From Hormiphora californensis (Eukaryota > Animalia > Ctenophora), in NCBI GenBank assembly GCA_020137815.1, contig CM035353.1, positions 4,030,001-4,094,000 of the forward strand: a stretch of DNA of 64,000 bases, read 5' to 3'. A model generated the notes under the pieces. It saw nothing but the letters and a program-made list of their open reading frames with translations, made no database searches and was not told the DNA's origin. Position 1 is the first letter of the stretch; every line of letters starts with the position of its first letter. The translations under genes and the position numbers were made by a program. Shown in pieces: positions 13,001 through 64,000 of this stretch.

Positions 13001-16000
13001 TTAGAAACCTCGACCCCCCCCCCCTCCTCTGGCCTTAAATAATCAATAATTACATAATTATAATACCCCCATCTAGGTAAAAGAGGCGGCAGTGTTCAGG
13101 GTATGTGATACCTTCCTAAAGATCCTGGCAGTCGAAAACGAGCACCACAAGAGTTATAAGCCACTCGAGGATATCTTTAGAGGTATGCGGCAGATCTCCT
13201 AGAAGTTGCGATTTTATATGTTGGAGAATTAGGACTTGTGGTAAATTGATTTATTAAAATCGATGCATACGCAATTAAGAGTTGACCGAATCGTGGCCAT
13301 TGTGGGTGGGGGGTATGCCCAACACGCAACGGTGTATACGCCGGTGTGAACGGTGTAAACATGTAACGTTGCCATCGTGTTTATAAACACAAATAATGTT
13401 ATGAAGTTACAAATAAAGTTGATTTTAACAGGATTGAACGCTATCGTGGTACGACTGATAAGCAACTGCCGAGCAGGCCAGGCCACACCTGCACTAGTCC
13501 ATGTCATGGACACCCGTCTAACAGACACAGGTATTATAGGAGTTAAGAGTGGCGTGCCGTGTTTTCTCACAAAACTTAGTGGATGAACGGGGAGTACCAT
13601 CAGGACCATTGGTACGGTATAGAAAATTTCCAATTCTGTCTCATTTATTAGTTTAAATGATGTAATAATAATCTCACACACACACAAGGTAAAGCGGTTA
13701 AGGGAACTGAAAAAGAGATGGAAATAATTCTGAAATGTCTGTGGAAGGCGATGAAGAAGATTGATGATAATTTCGATCTATCAATTGGGGAACGCCACGC
13801 CATCTTGGAAAGATGTGCCATATTTCTACAAAGGTAAGAACAGAAACAGAATAGGAAAATGGATAATATTCTCTACTACATACCTACAACAATAGTGTCC
13901 AATTCATTTATCATTATGTTTCTGTCCTCTTCAAAGAATTCCAAATAGTTGATTGGTGGTGAGGTTTGACCAAATAGGTGAGGTTTGACCAAATAATATG
14001 AAGTTTCGATTCAATATCGGATGTAACGGCAGATGGTTAATTACGATTTTAAGTGTTGCGTGAGACCAATTTACAGTATATTATATGTTCCAACTCAGGT
14101 TACCCAGTCCCATTTGGAAGGATGGTGGAGATAATGATAAGCCATACCGGACAATAAAAACTCTGCTTCACAAGCTGTGCCTTAAAAATGGAGCCGAGGT
14201 ATAAATAGTTTAGTACCAGGAACCGACCGAATCAGGAAATACTGGTCCCTGATTGGCTGATAACCAGTCACGTGATCTAAATAACGAGTTCTGATTGGCT
14301 GTTTACTTGTTTCGGTCGGTTCCTGTTTAGTACTATGTATATTCTTTGGGTCCTATAAGAGTCTTGTCAATTGAGGTCACGAGAAATCCCACGATAGGCC
14401 GGGCTATATATATTGCTTTTGTATCTGTGTTTTAATTTTGAGGCTGATCTTTCCAAACTCTCATTAGCCATATTCCTTGAAGCTCCAGTTAACCATGTAT
14501 TCCCGTAGGTGCTACAAGATCTGCAGTGTCTACGGGTGGAGCATGCGAACATCCTGAAACCCATAGTTGACTCAATTCTTACAATTCTTGGTATCGCAAC
14601 CACCAAAGACTCTCAAATATTTGGTGGTAAGAAATATATTACTGCACTTCCGATTTATTTGACTGACAACTTGGAACTAGTCAATCAGTTTCGCAAAACT
14701 ATTACAATAAATGGGTTACTTTCAGGCAACGTGGAGCCGAATGGGGAACAGAAAACTCAGCTTGAAGGAATATTCGACAAGCTCAAATGCAAAGATCTTA
14801 TCCGGTAAAATTAGCAATTAATTAACAAATTATTAATTACAACTTTTGTTAAAAATCACACTGGACTCTTGAGATATAACCCTGAACCCCCATGAAACTG
14901 GGTTAGAACTTGAATCTTGAATCTAACAAGGATTTCTACAGGTCCGCACTGGATGATCTGTATTATTTCATTAAAGGAAACCCTTCTGTTAATGTTAACA
15001 CGCACCTGGACACCCTCCAACCCGTCAAAAAGAGTTAGTTAATTAATTAATGAATAATAGGTATATCAATATATCCATCATTTCTGGATATCAAAAACTG
15101 TATGACTCCGTATGACTGGTCATTAACGTCTGATCTAATCAGTTAAATTGTAATATTTCTCTAGATTTGGTTGAAAAGATTCTCGCTGACTGTGCCAATA
15201 AGGATCCCTCGTGGTGTGTACAAAGACGAAAACTCAACTGTCCTTCTGGAGAGTGAGGGACTAAGCGAATTAGAGGTAAGCTACAATCACACTAGAGTGA
15301 TCAGGGACTAAGCGAATTAGAGGTAAGCTACAATCACACTAGAGTGATCAGGGACTAAGCGAATTAGAGGTAAGCTACAATCACACTAGAGTGATCAGGG
15401 ACTAAGCGAATTAGAGGTAAGCTACAATCACACTAGAGTGATCAGGGATTAAGCGAATTAGAGGTAAGCTACGATCACACTAGAGTGATCAGGGACTAAG
15501 CGAATTAGAGGTAAGCTACAATCACACTAGACTGATCAGGGATTAAGCGAATTAGAGGTAAGCTACAATCGCACTAGAGTGATCAGGGACTAAGCGAATT
15601 AGAGGTAAGCTACAATCACACTAGACTGATCAGGGACTAAGCGAATTAGAGGTAAGCTACAATCGCACTAGAGTGATCAGGGACTAAGCGAATTAGAGGT
15701 AAGCTACGATCACACTAGAGTGATCAGGGATTAAGCGAATTAGAGGTAAGCTACAATCGCACTAGAGTGATCAGGGACTAAGCGAATTAGAGGTAAGCTA
15801 CAATCACACTAGACTGATCAGGGACTAAGCGAATTAGAGGTAAGCTACAATCGCACTAGAGTGATCAGGGACTAAGCGAATTAGAGGTAAGCTACGATCA
15901 CACTAGAGTGATCAGGGATTAAGCGAATTAGAGGTAAGCTACAATCACACTAGAGTGATCAGGGTACTAAGCGAATTAGAGGTAAGCTACAATCACACTA

Positions 16001-17855
16001 GACTGATCAGGGACTAAGCGAATTAGAGGTAAGCTACAATCACACTAGAGTGATCAGGGACTAAGCGAATTAGAGGTAAGCTACAATCACACTAGAGTGA
16101 TCAGGGACTAAGCGAATTAGAGGTAAGCTACAATCACACTAGACTGATCAGGGACTAAGCGAATTAGAGGTAAGCTACAATCACACTAGAGTGATCAGGG
16201 ACTAAGCGAATTAGAGGTAAGCTACAATCACACTAGAGTGATCAGGGACTAAGCGAATTAGAGGTAAGCTACAATCACACTAGAGTGATCAGGGACTAAG
16301 CGAATTAGAGGTAAGCTACAATCACACTAGAGTGATCAGGGACTAAGCGAATTAGAGGTAAGCTACAATCACACTAGAGTGATCAGGGACTAAGCGAATT
16401 AGAGGTAAGCTACAATCACACTAGACTGATCAGGGACTAAGCGAATTAGAGGTAAGCTACAATCACACTAGAGTGATCAGGGACTAAGCGAATTAGAGGT
16501 AAGCTACAATCACACTAGAGTGATCAGGGACTAAGCGAATTAGAGGTAAGCTACGATCACACTAGAGTGATCAGGGACTAAGCGAATTAGAGGTAAGCTA
16601 CAATCACACTAGAGTGATCAGGGTACTAAGCGAATTAGAGGTAAGCTACAATCACACTAGACTGATCAGGGATTAAGCGAATTAGAGGTAAGCTACAATC
16701 ACACTAGAGTGATCAGGGACTAAGCGAATTAGAGGTAAGCTACAATCACACTAGAGTGATCAGGGACTAAGCGAATTAGAGGTAAGCTACAATCACACTA
16801 GAGTGATCAGGGATTAAGCGAATTAGAGGTAAGCTACAATCACACTAGAGTGATCAGGGACTAAGCGAATTAGAGGTAAGCTACAATCACACTAGAGTGA
16901 TCAGGGACTAAGCGAATTAGAGGTAAGCTACAATCACACTAGAGTGATCAGGGATTAAGCGAATTAGAGGTAAGCTACAATCACACTAGAGTGATCAGGG
17001 ATTAAGCGACATTCCTGTCGCGGCGCCAGACCCCCTAAATTACCTTGGTGACATATAGACACCTGGCGCGACCCCCGCTCAATCTTGGTCGCGCACGGTG
17101 TCTATGTCACCAATAAATTACCCTCTCTCTGAGTCAGGGGACATTTTGTTACCATTTTGCTGCAAGCTCAACATTATATCTTGTTGAGACTCAACAAATT
17201 ATATCAGGACCTATATTCCCATATATTCGGGTCAATAATACCATATATGTTCAGCAGGGTACAGATAGACGTCACGAGAGTGCAAGAGCAAGGCCCCTCT
17301 CTGAGCTAGTGAGCGAAACCAAGATATTCTGCGTCGTCATAAAAGGCAGTTTCCAGATGGGGACAGCGCTGATGTTGATCATCTGTTAAACTCTTATCCA
17401 AAGGTAAGATATATATCATATCTCTGTAAGGGTGGTAGCTGAAGTTTAGGAGCCCCCACTGGGCCGGAGGTAATATAACGAGATAGTTGACGTATTATAG
17501 TTGATAAATTCTCCTAGTATACTGTATATATATATTCTCACCCGGTCCTCAACAGATGAAGTCGAAGAATGAGAAGGAAAATCAGAAGCGTTCCAATCTG
17601 CCAACTTCCTCCATACCCCGCTCATCGGCATCCCCTACTCGATCCCCAACCAGGTATTTTGTTTTCTTCTTCTGTGGGGTTGATATAATTGCGTGCGAAA
17701 ACCGTGATCGGAGCATTGACAGTTAGGACACACACGTAAACTCTTCCTCTCCCTTTTTAGATCTGGTTCGGGAATACCCTCTCGCTCCATGGATGATTTG
17801 AAGAAGCGCCTGGAAGATGATAAAGAAACGGTCCCACATGATGCATCAAACGTGA
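4952..17855 (+). CDS. CKAP5: CKAP5 / ch-TOG / XMAP215 microtubule polymerase, 3' part (TOG5 to C-terminus); the 5' part lies upstream of the window
   Basis: Phase-consistent GT-AG exons at 4952-5066, 5230-5423, 5741-5872, 5976-6089, 6251-6312, 7284-7457, 11315-11410, 12149-12236, 12401-12497, 12790-12940, 13077-13182, 13432-13530, 13689-13833, 14099-14198, about 14509-14626, 14726-14803, 14942-15031, 15165-15275, about 17257-17403, 17557-17652 and 17761 onward. Translations LDILLKWISLRFFDTNTSVL, KTKNSRQR, DKDNSVRTAALN, KCLWK, RTIKTLLHKLC and DDLKKRLE match ch-TOG. The terminal exons contain apparent indels. Confidence 0.93.
5536..5618. mobile_element. Small G-run-TIR MITE in a CKAP5 intron
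   Basis: Inverted ends GGGGTGGGGGCACGGCCAAAAAA ... TTTTTTGGCCTTGCCCCCCCCCC. Confidence 0.5.
7803..11087 (+). CDS. Putative giant cassette exon of CKAP5 (1,095 codons, low complexity, S/T/P/R-rich). Alternative: a nested single-exon gene 7806-11177
   Basis: Uninterrupted 1123-aa ORF within the CKAP5 intron 7458-11314. Acceptor tttctagccag|CTC ATG (phase 0) and donor GAT CAT|GTACGT at 11087 (phase 0) match the phase-0 flanking exons. Confidence 0.65.
8480..9175 (+). repeat. Coding tandem repeat, 14 x (T)TPSPRTSERRAS(ITV/IAV/MSYVV/MSYDI), 48/54-bp units
   Basis: Visible in the DNA and the translation; unit lengths are multiples of 3. Confidence 0.9.
9552..9900 (+). repeat. Coding tandem repeat, 9 x PGTPYPRG(AA)ETI, mostly 39-bp units
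   Basis: Visible in the DNA and the translation. Confidence 0.9.
11490..12145 (+). repeat. C-rich minisatellite (CCCCACCTCTCTCTAACCCC) running up to a CKAP5 acceptor
   Basis: Degenerate about 23-bp units ending at ctccacag|12149. Confidence 0.85.
14217..14325. mobile_element. 109-bp hAT-type MITE (CAGGAACCGACCGAA TIR)
   Basis: Perfect 8-bp TSD TTTAGTAC; TIR CAGGAACCGACCGAA / TTCGGTCGGTTCCTG. Confidence 0.9.
15257..17009 (+). repeat. 47-bp tandem satellite (about 37 copies) containing the CKAP5 exon end and splice donor
   Basis: Unit GGGACTAAGCGAATTAGAG|GTAAGCTACAATCACACTAGAGTGATCA, highly homogeneous. Confidence 0.95.
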
Positions 17856-17899
17856 TCAAAGGAGGATATACTATCACAATTTTACAAATTTTACTGGGA

Positions 17900-18515
17900 A
17901 GAACTATTTTAGGTATACTTACAAAGGCAAAGAAATCAATACACACATCAGAACCGTACACACTAAGGACCCCACACAGCGTCTGCTGCAGCTAAGGGGC
18001 CCTGAAATCTAGATAGAAGGCTAGTAAAATACTGCAAAAGCCTCGTCACGGTAATTGAAGTACTAAAGAGAGGGGGTAGAAAATACCTGGTGGACTGGGC
18101 GGCTATCCCGAGGGTGGAGCAGCCTCATATCTCGGACTGTGAACATGAACAGAGTGGGGAGGGGTAGGGCCGTAGGGGGAGGGGTAGGGGGAGGTGTATT
18201 GTGTACTAGAGAACGTTACTGGGTACAATGGACTCAATCAGGTGTTTCTTAGTGAGACGGACAAACTCAGTCAGTGAATCACTCTGTCTGATAGAGTAGG
18301 GCAGCTTATTCCACAAATCAGTGACTCGGTGAAAAAAGCTAGCCCTAAGAGCCCTATGAGTGTTCGTGTGGTAGGCAGACATGAACACTAGAGTCGTTTT
18401 GTCACGACCCTCACGAATGTCACTATTCTGACGGGTGGCTCTGAGTGTGCTGGGGTTGATCGGTTGAATGTACTGAGGGACAGTGATATATACGGATAAT
18501 ACCTTTCTCATCTTG
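17900..18515 (-). mobile_element. 5'-truncated CR1/L2-type LINE (ORF2 C-terminus and 3' UTR)
   Basis: ORF 18206-18511 contains SFFHRVTDLWNKLPYSIRQSDSLTEF, the typical C-terminal motif of CR1/L2-group RT ORFs. Boundaries are approximate. Confidence 0.7.
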
Positions 18516-18829
18516 ACAAAAATTACGACATAAATTGGGACACTTGTTCCAGATTAGAAGATGGTATCACGTCCCCATATTAATTAGAAGATGGTATCAC
18601 GTCCCCATGTTAATTAGAAGATATGGTATCACGTCCCCATGTGATGATGTCATACAATGTTTGAGATGTGAGTGATGGTGCGATTACATATTATATTGAT
18701 ATTGATATTTGTTTAGTTTGAAGTTGAAAACTTGTAAAATTAAAGAATGTTTATATGAAACTAAGAATTGGGTACAAGCATCGCATCTCCATACTCCAAT
18801 AACTGTGATATAATATCTTGTTGGGTATA

Positions 18830-18916
18830 ACGGTCGGACCCCGATATACCGGGCATCCCGACTTACCAGGCAAACCCCTTTTCCCCCGAGCATCCCGGTA
18901 AATCGGGGTCCGACTA
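18830..18916. mobile_element. Short mariner-type MITE (CAGTCGGACCCCGATTTACCGGG family)
   Basis: Inverted ends GTCGGACCCCGAT / ATCGGGGTCCGAC; related copies at 61622-61689 and about 36693-36754. Confidence 0.7.
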
Positions 18917-19194
18917 TACTATAATTACCAACTCAACAAGTGATCTTGATGTTCTCACCTTTTCATTGCTTGTACCCAAACTTGAAACGATTTTATGGGG
19001 CCGGAACAGGTAACACTAGTCACTATAGTGTGTCCTAGTGTCGAGTGTGTCCGAGTGTGTCTAGTTTCTAGTGTTTCTTACTCCTAGTCCTAGACCCTAG
19101 TGTCTGTCCCAACCGACTTGTCTTCTAGAACATTTTACAATTTACATTCTAGTGGTGCTACAATCTGTCCTACCCCTTTATTGTGTCACGAACC

Positions 19195-20136
19195 TGTCCC
19201 GAATATGTCCTCAATGTGTCCACAATGTGTCCCGAATATATGTCCTGAATGTGTCCACAGTGTGTCCCGAATATGTCCTGAATGGGTCCTCAGTGTGTCC
19301 CGAATCTGTCCTGAATGTGTCCACAGTGTGTCCCGAATTTGTCCTGAATGTGTCCACAGTGTGTCCCGAATATGTCCTGAATGTGTCCTGTATGTGTCCC
19401 GAATATGTCCTGAATGTGTCCACAGTGTGTCCCGAATATGTCCTGTATGTGTGTCCTGAATATGTCCTGAATGTGTCCACAGTGTGTCCCGAATATGTCC
19501 TGAATGTGTCCACAGCGTGTCCCGAATATGTCCTGAATGTGTCCACAGTGTGTCCCGAATATGTCTTGTATGTGTCCACAGTGTGTCCCGAATATGTCCT
19601 GTATGTGTCCACAGTGTGTCCCGAATGTGTCCTGAATGTGTCCACAGTGTGTCCTGAATGTGTCCACAGTGTGTCCCGAATATGTCCTGAATCAGAATGT
19701 GTCCCGAATATGTCCTGAATCAGAATGTGTCCCGAATATGTCCTGAATCGGAATGTGTCCCGAATATGTCCTGAATCAGAATTGAGAATGTGTCCTGAAT
19801 GTGTCCTGAATCAGAATGTGTCCTGAAGGCTGAATGTGTCCTGAGTCTGATTGTGTCCTGAATGTGTCCTGAATCAGAATGTGTCCTGAATGAGTCCTGA
19901 ATCAGAATGTGTCCTGAATCAAAATGTGTCCTGAATATGTCCTTAATCAGAATGTGTCCCGAATGTGTCCCGAATGTGTCCTGAATGTGTCCACAGTGTG
20001 TCCCGAATATGTCCTGAATCAGAATGTGTCCCGAATCAGAATGTGTCCTGAATGTGTCCTGAATCAGATTCAGAATGTGTCCTGAATGTGTCCTGAATCA
20101 GAATGTGTCCTGAATCAGAATGTGTCCTGAATGTGT
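19195..20136. repeat. Minisatellite built from 11-bp subunits (TGTGTCCCGAA/TATGTCCTGAA/TGTGTCCACAG)
   Basis: Directly visible; it explains the Cys- and Val-rich spurious ORFs here. Confidence 0.9.
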
Positions 20137-20146
20137 CGGTGTTGAA

Positions 20147-20703
20147 CCTGTCTGGCGCCGCCGACCCCATCTGAGAATTTGAGAATCAAATTGGGGTATG
20201 GGCGCCGCCATACAGTGTTGATTGTTGAACCGATACTGTATTCTCACTACAACAAGCACCCATGTGAGACGATCTGGTGGTGATTCCGGCACTATGCGGC
20301 ACTATGCTGTCTCGCCTGTTCGGCAAAACTTGTATTGGCTGTGTGACTGTTGACAGTCCCAGATGAGCGGCCCAAACCAAACCAAACCATGTGAGACGTG
20401 CCGTTTTATTTAGACTGAAACGATCTCTACCCGTTTAAACTTAAAGTTAGACGGAATTGGTCGAAATCAGACGAAAAGGCACGTCTCAATCCCGTTTGAC
20501 TCCGTCTAGACGCAAAACCCGTCTAGACGGGCACCGTCTAGACATCGTCGGAACGCGAACGGCGTCTAGACGACGTCTAGTCAGCGGCAAGCCCATCCGA
20601 CTCCGTCTCGAGCCCGATAAACCCTGTCTGGCGGCGCCAGACCCCAATTTAATTGACAGCTACAGTGCGCTCAGATGAGGTCGGCGGCGCGGCGCCAGAC
20701 AGG
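20147..20703. mobile_element. TIR element (CCTGTCTGGCGCCGCCGACC family)
   Basis: Inverted ends CCTGTCTGGCGCCGCCGACCCCATCTGAG / CTCAGATGAGGTCGGCGGCGCGGCGCCAGACAGG; related fragments at about 17013-17035 and 25861-25912; no clear TSD. Confidence 0.55.
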
Positions 20704-20749
20704 ACAAGCCTGTCTTGGAGTTGGAACGACGTCTAGAACTTGGCCACAT

Positions 20750-21400
20750 TGATGCCTGAGTGAGATCGAGGTCGCGCAGCGACCGAGATCGATCTCACAT
20801 CTAGGCCTCCGGCGCGTTATTGATTTTAGAGCAAACTTTTTCAAAGACCTGGCTGCAAGGAACTACTGAACCGATTTGCATCTCGTTTGTTGCTCCTGGC
20901 AGATAATTGTCTCTAGTTTTACGGAAAATACCCGCGAATATCAGCATTTGAGGAATAGTGGGTCAAAATTGACGCTAAACATGAGCAATTCTTTAAAGAC
21001 CTGGCTGCAAGCTCCTACTCGGTCCTGGGACAATCTGCGGGTACTGTGTGAATCGTCATGGCCTTGTGAGTATGGGAAAATACCCGCCGATACATCAAAG
21101 TGCCAATTGAGGCGGTAATTGGGGTTTTGGTAGTGCTATGTCGGCTAAAAATGCCTGCTAAAACAGTATATCGCGCGCGATTTGATAGTCCCACTGCTGA
21201 AAACGTGCTTTACATCGCGCGCACGTGAGTTCTTGCTGTCCACAGGCCGGGAGCCTATTCTCCGCGGAGCGAGAATAGGTTGCAATGGAGCCAAGTCTAG
21301 AACATGCACTATGCAGTGATACAAATTGGTATTCCGTCATATTTGCCGCCCGCTTTTCTGCCGCTCTTTTTTGAAACAACAAAATGAAAGGCAATTTTTA
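20750..21400. mobile_element. Possible non-autonomous Helentron/HINE-like repeat
   Basis: Terminal hairpin GATCGAGGTCGCGCAGCGACCGAGATC, an ACTGAACCGATTT core, an internal duplication (TTTCAAAGACCTGGCTGCAAG twice) and short ATGCCT/AGGCA sub-terminal inverted motifs. Confidence 0.35.
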
Positions 21401-21709
21401 AAAGCTGGAAAAGTAATTGAGAATGTTACAAATAGTACGCTGATAAACAAAAACTAAGTAATGTAATAACTATTTAATCTAATATAGTAGTAATGATGAA
21501 ATCTCTCAGAACTGCTGCAATTACTGTATTTATATTTACAACACACATCCCTTGTTTAACGAAATTGAACAAACTGCAACAACTACCTGGTAAATTTACA
21601 AAACTAGTGCACACTGAATTGCACCATTGGTTACCATGGTTACCATCTCAACAGCAACTATAAACGGTTGCCATGGTAACTCAATAAAGTCTATATATAC
21701 TGTTACTGT

Positions 21710-63016
<41,307 letters not shown>

Positions 63017-63122
63017 CTGGAAAAGGGGTGATTATATATACAGGCTCCTAGCAGCTTGTATTGGGCTGTGCGACGTGTGAGTGTTCGAAGTATTGAGGGG
63101 AATAAGTTTGTGCCGGGATTAA

Positions 63123-64000
63123 GGGTACACCTGGCGTTTTTCATCATCGAGTGCCCAACCAAATGACTTCACCAAGGTTTAGGTCATACAAAATGGACCT
63201 CAAATATGCAATTTTAGCCCTAAAGTCGAATTCATATTTTTGCTACAGCCTATTTTCAAAGTGGCGTTTTTTCAATTTTTGTTGGAATTTTTAACCTCAG
63301 GACCACTTTTTTTGAGATAGAAACATTAAATTCTTGGAATTTGAAGAGAATATAACGGTAAATAAGCCCAAAGAAGGATTTTTGAAAGGGAGCTTATTTC
63401 TGGCCATGAGAACGGTTTACTTTTTTGCTTCTTTGACACGCTGGCTGAGAATGTTCCCATGCTTCATTAGAGATGAAAATCTGGAAATAGTTGCTCAAAA
63501 CGATTATCTATGTGGCCCAAAAATTTTGGAACTTTCCCGCCAAAGATGCGGTGTACAGAGCTTGTTTTGTGAAACCCGTCTTTTTGAAAAAGAGGGAAAT
63601 TCCCTGTATCTCAAAAACGGATGATCGTAGAGACCTGGGACCAAGCTTAATCGATTCAGAAGGTTCGATTTTGGGGGGGTCTTCTGAGAGACATTTTGCT
63701 CCTACTCCAACCGTTTTTGCTGTAACTGCGAAAAAGGTATCGGCAAGTAAGGGGAAATCAGCCCGAAGCAGGCTACTGGAATAGAGTTGTTTCCCCTTTT
63801 CATAGAATTGGTTTTTTGCAATTACAGCAAAAACGGTTGGAGTAGGAGCAAAATGTCTCTCAGAAGACCCCCCCAAAATCGAACCTTCTGAATCGATTAA
63901 GCTTGGTCCCAGGTCTCTACGATCATCCGTTTTTGAGATACAGGGAATTTCCCTCTTTTTCAAAAAGACGGGTTTCACAAAACAAGCTCTGTACACCGCA
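63123..64000. mobile_element. Foldback (Kolobok-like) element, truncated by the window end
   Basis: Starts TTAA|GGGTACAC; a near-perfect about 190-bp inverted repeat 63547-63735 / 63812-64000 surrounds a short spacer. Confidence 0.65.

Noticed and set aside
15257-17009. CRISPR-like array
   Set aside because: The units are contiguous near-identical 47-mers with no unique spacers, there are no cas genes, and the context is eukaryotic.
19100-19718. Cys-rich, metallothionein- or zinc-finger-like ORFs (CPECVHSVSRI)n
   Set aside because: Translation of a 33-bp minisatellite that is open in several frames on both strands.
63334-63996. ORFs with the same peptide on both strands
   Set aside because: A consequence of the inverted repeat; no recognisable domain.

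Overview
Eukaryotic (animal) genomic DNA with short GT-AG introns and many MITEs and minisatellites. The repeat families and nested-gene layout suggest a ctenophore (Pleurobrachia/Hormiphora-like); this is inference, not a database result. Two large multi-exon genes converge tail-to-tail: the 3' part of CKAP5/ch-TOG (XMAP215 family; + strand, about 4952-17855, starting upstream of the window) and most of a giant HERC1 ubiquitin ligase (- strand, 21710 to beyond 63016; RLD1-SPRY-UBA-WD40-RLD2-HECT). Three complete genes lie inside their introns: a two-exon CYP46-like P450 with an atypical I-helix, an intronless SV2/SVOP-like MFS transporter, and a secreted alpha-carbonic anhydrase. Two observations stand out. 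First, a 3,285-nt open, phase-0/phase-0 segment in a CKAP5 intron looks like a giant cassette exon adding about 1,095 aa of kinase-site tandem repeats to ch-TOG. Second, intronic tandem arrays are repeatedly amplified copies of the adjacent splice donor, acceptor or branch-point region, with up to about 37 decoy donors and about 19 acceptor copies. The window also has nested DNA transposons (MULE-, mariner-, hAT-, Kolobok- and Harbinger-like), a foldback element carrying a tRNA-derived Pol III head, and a LINE 3' fragment.
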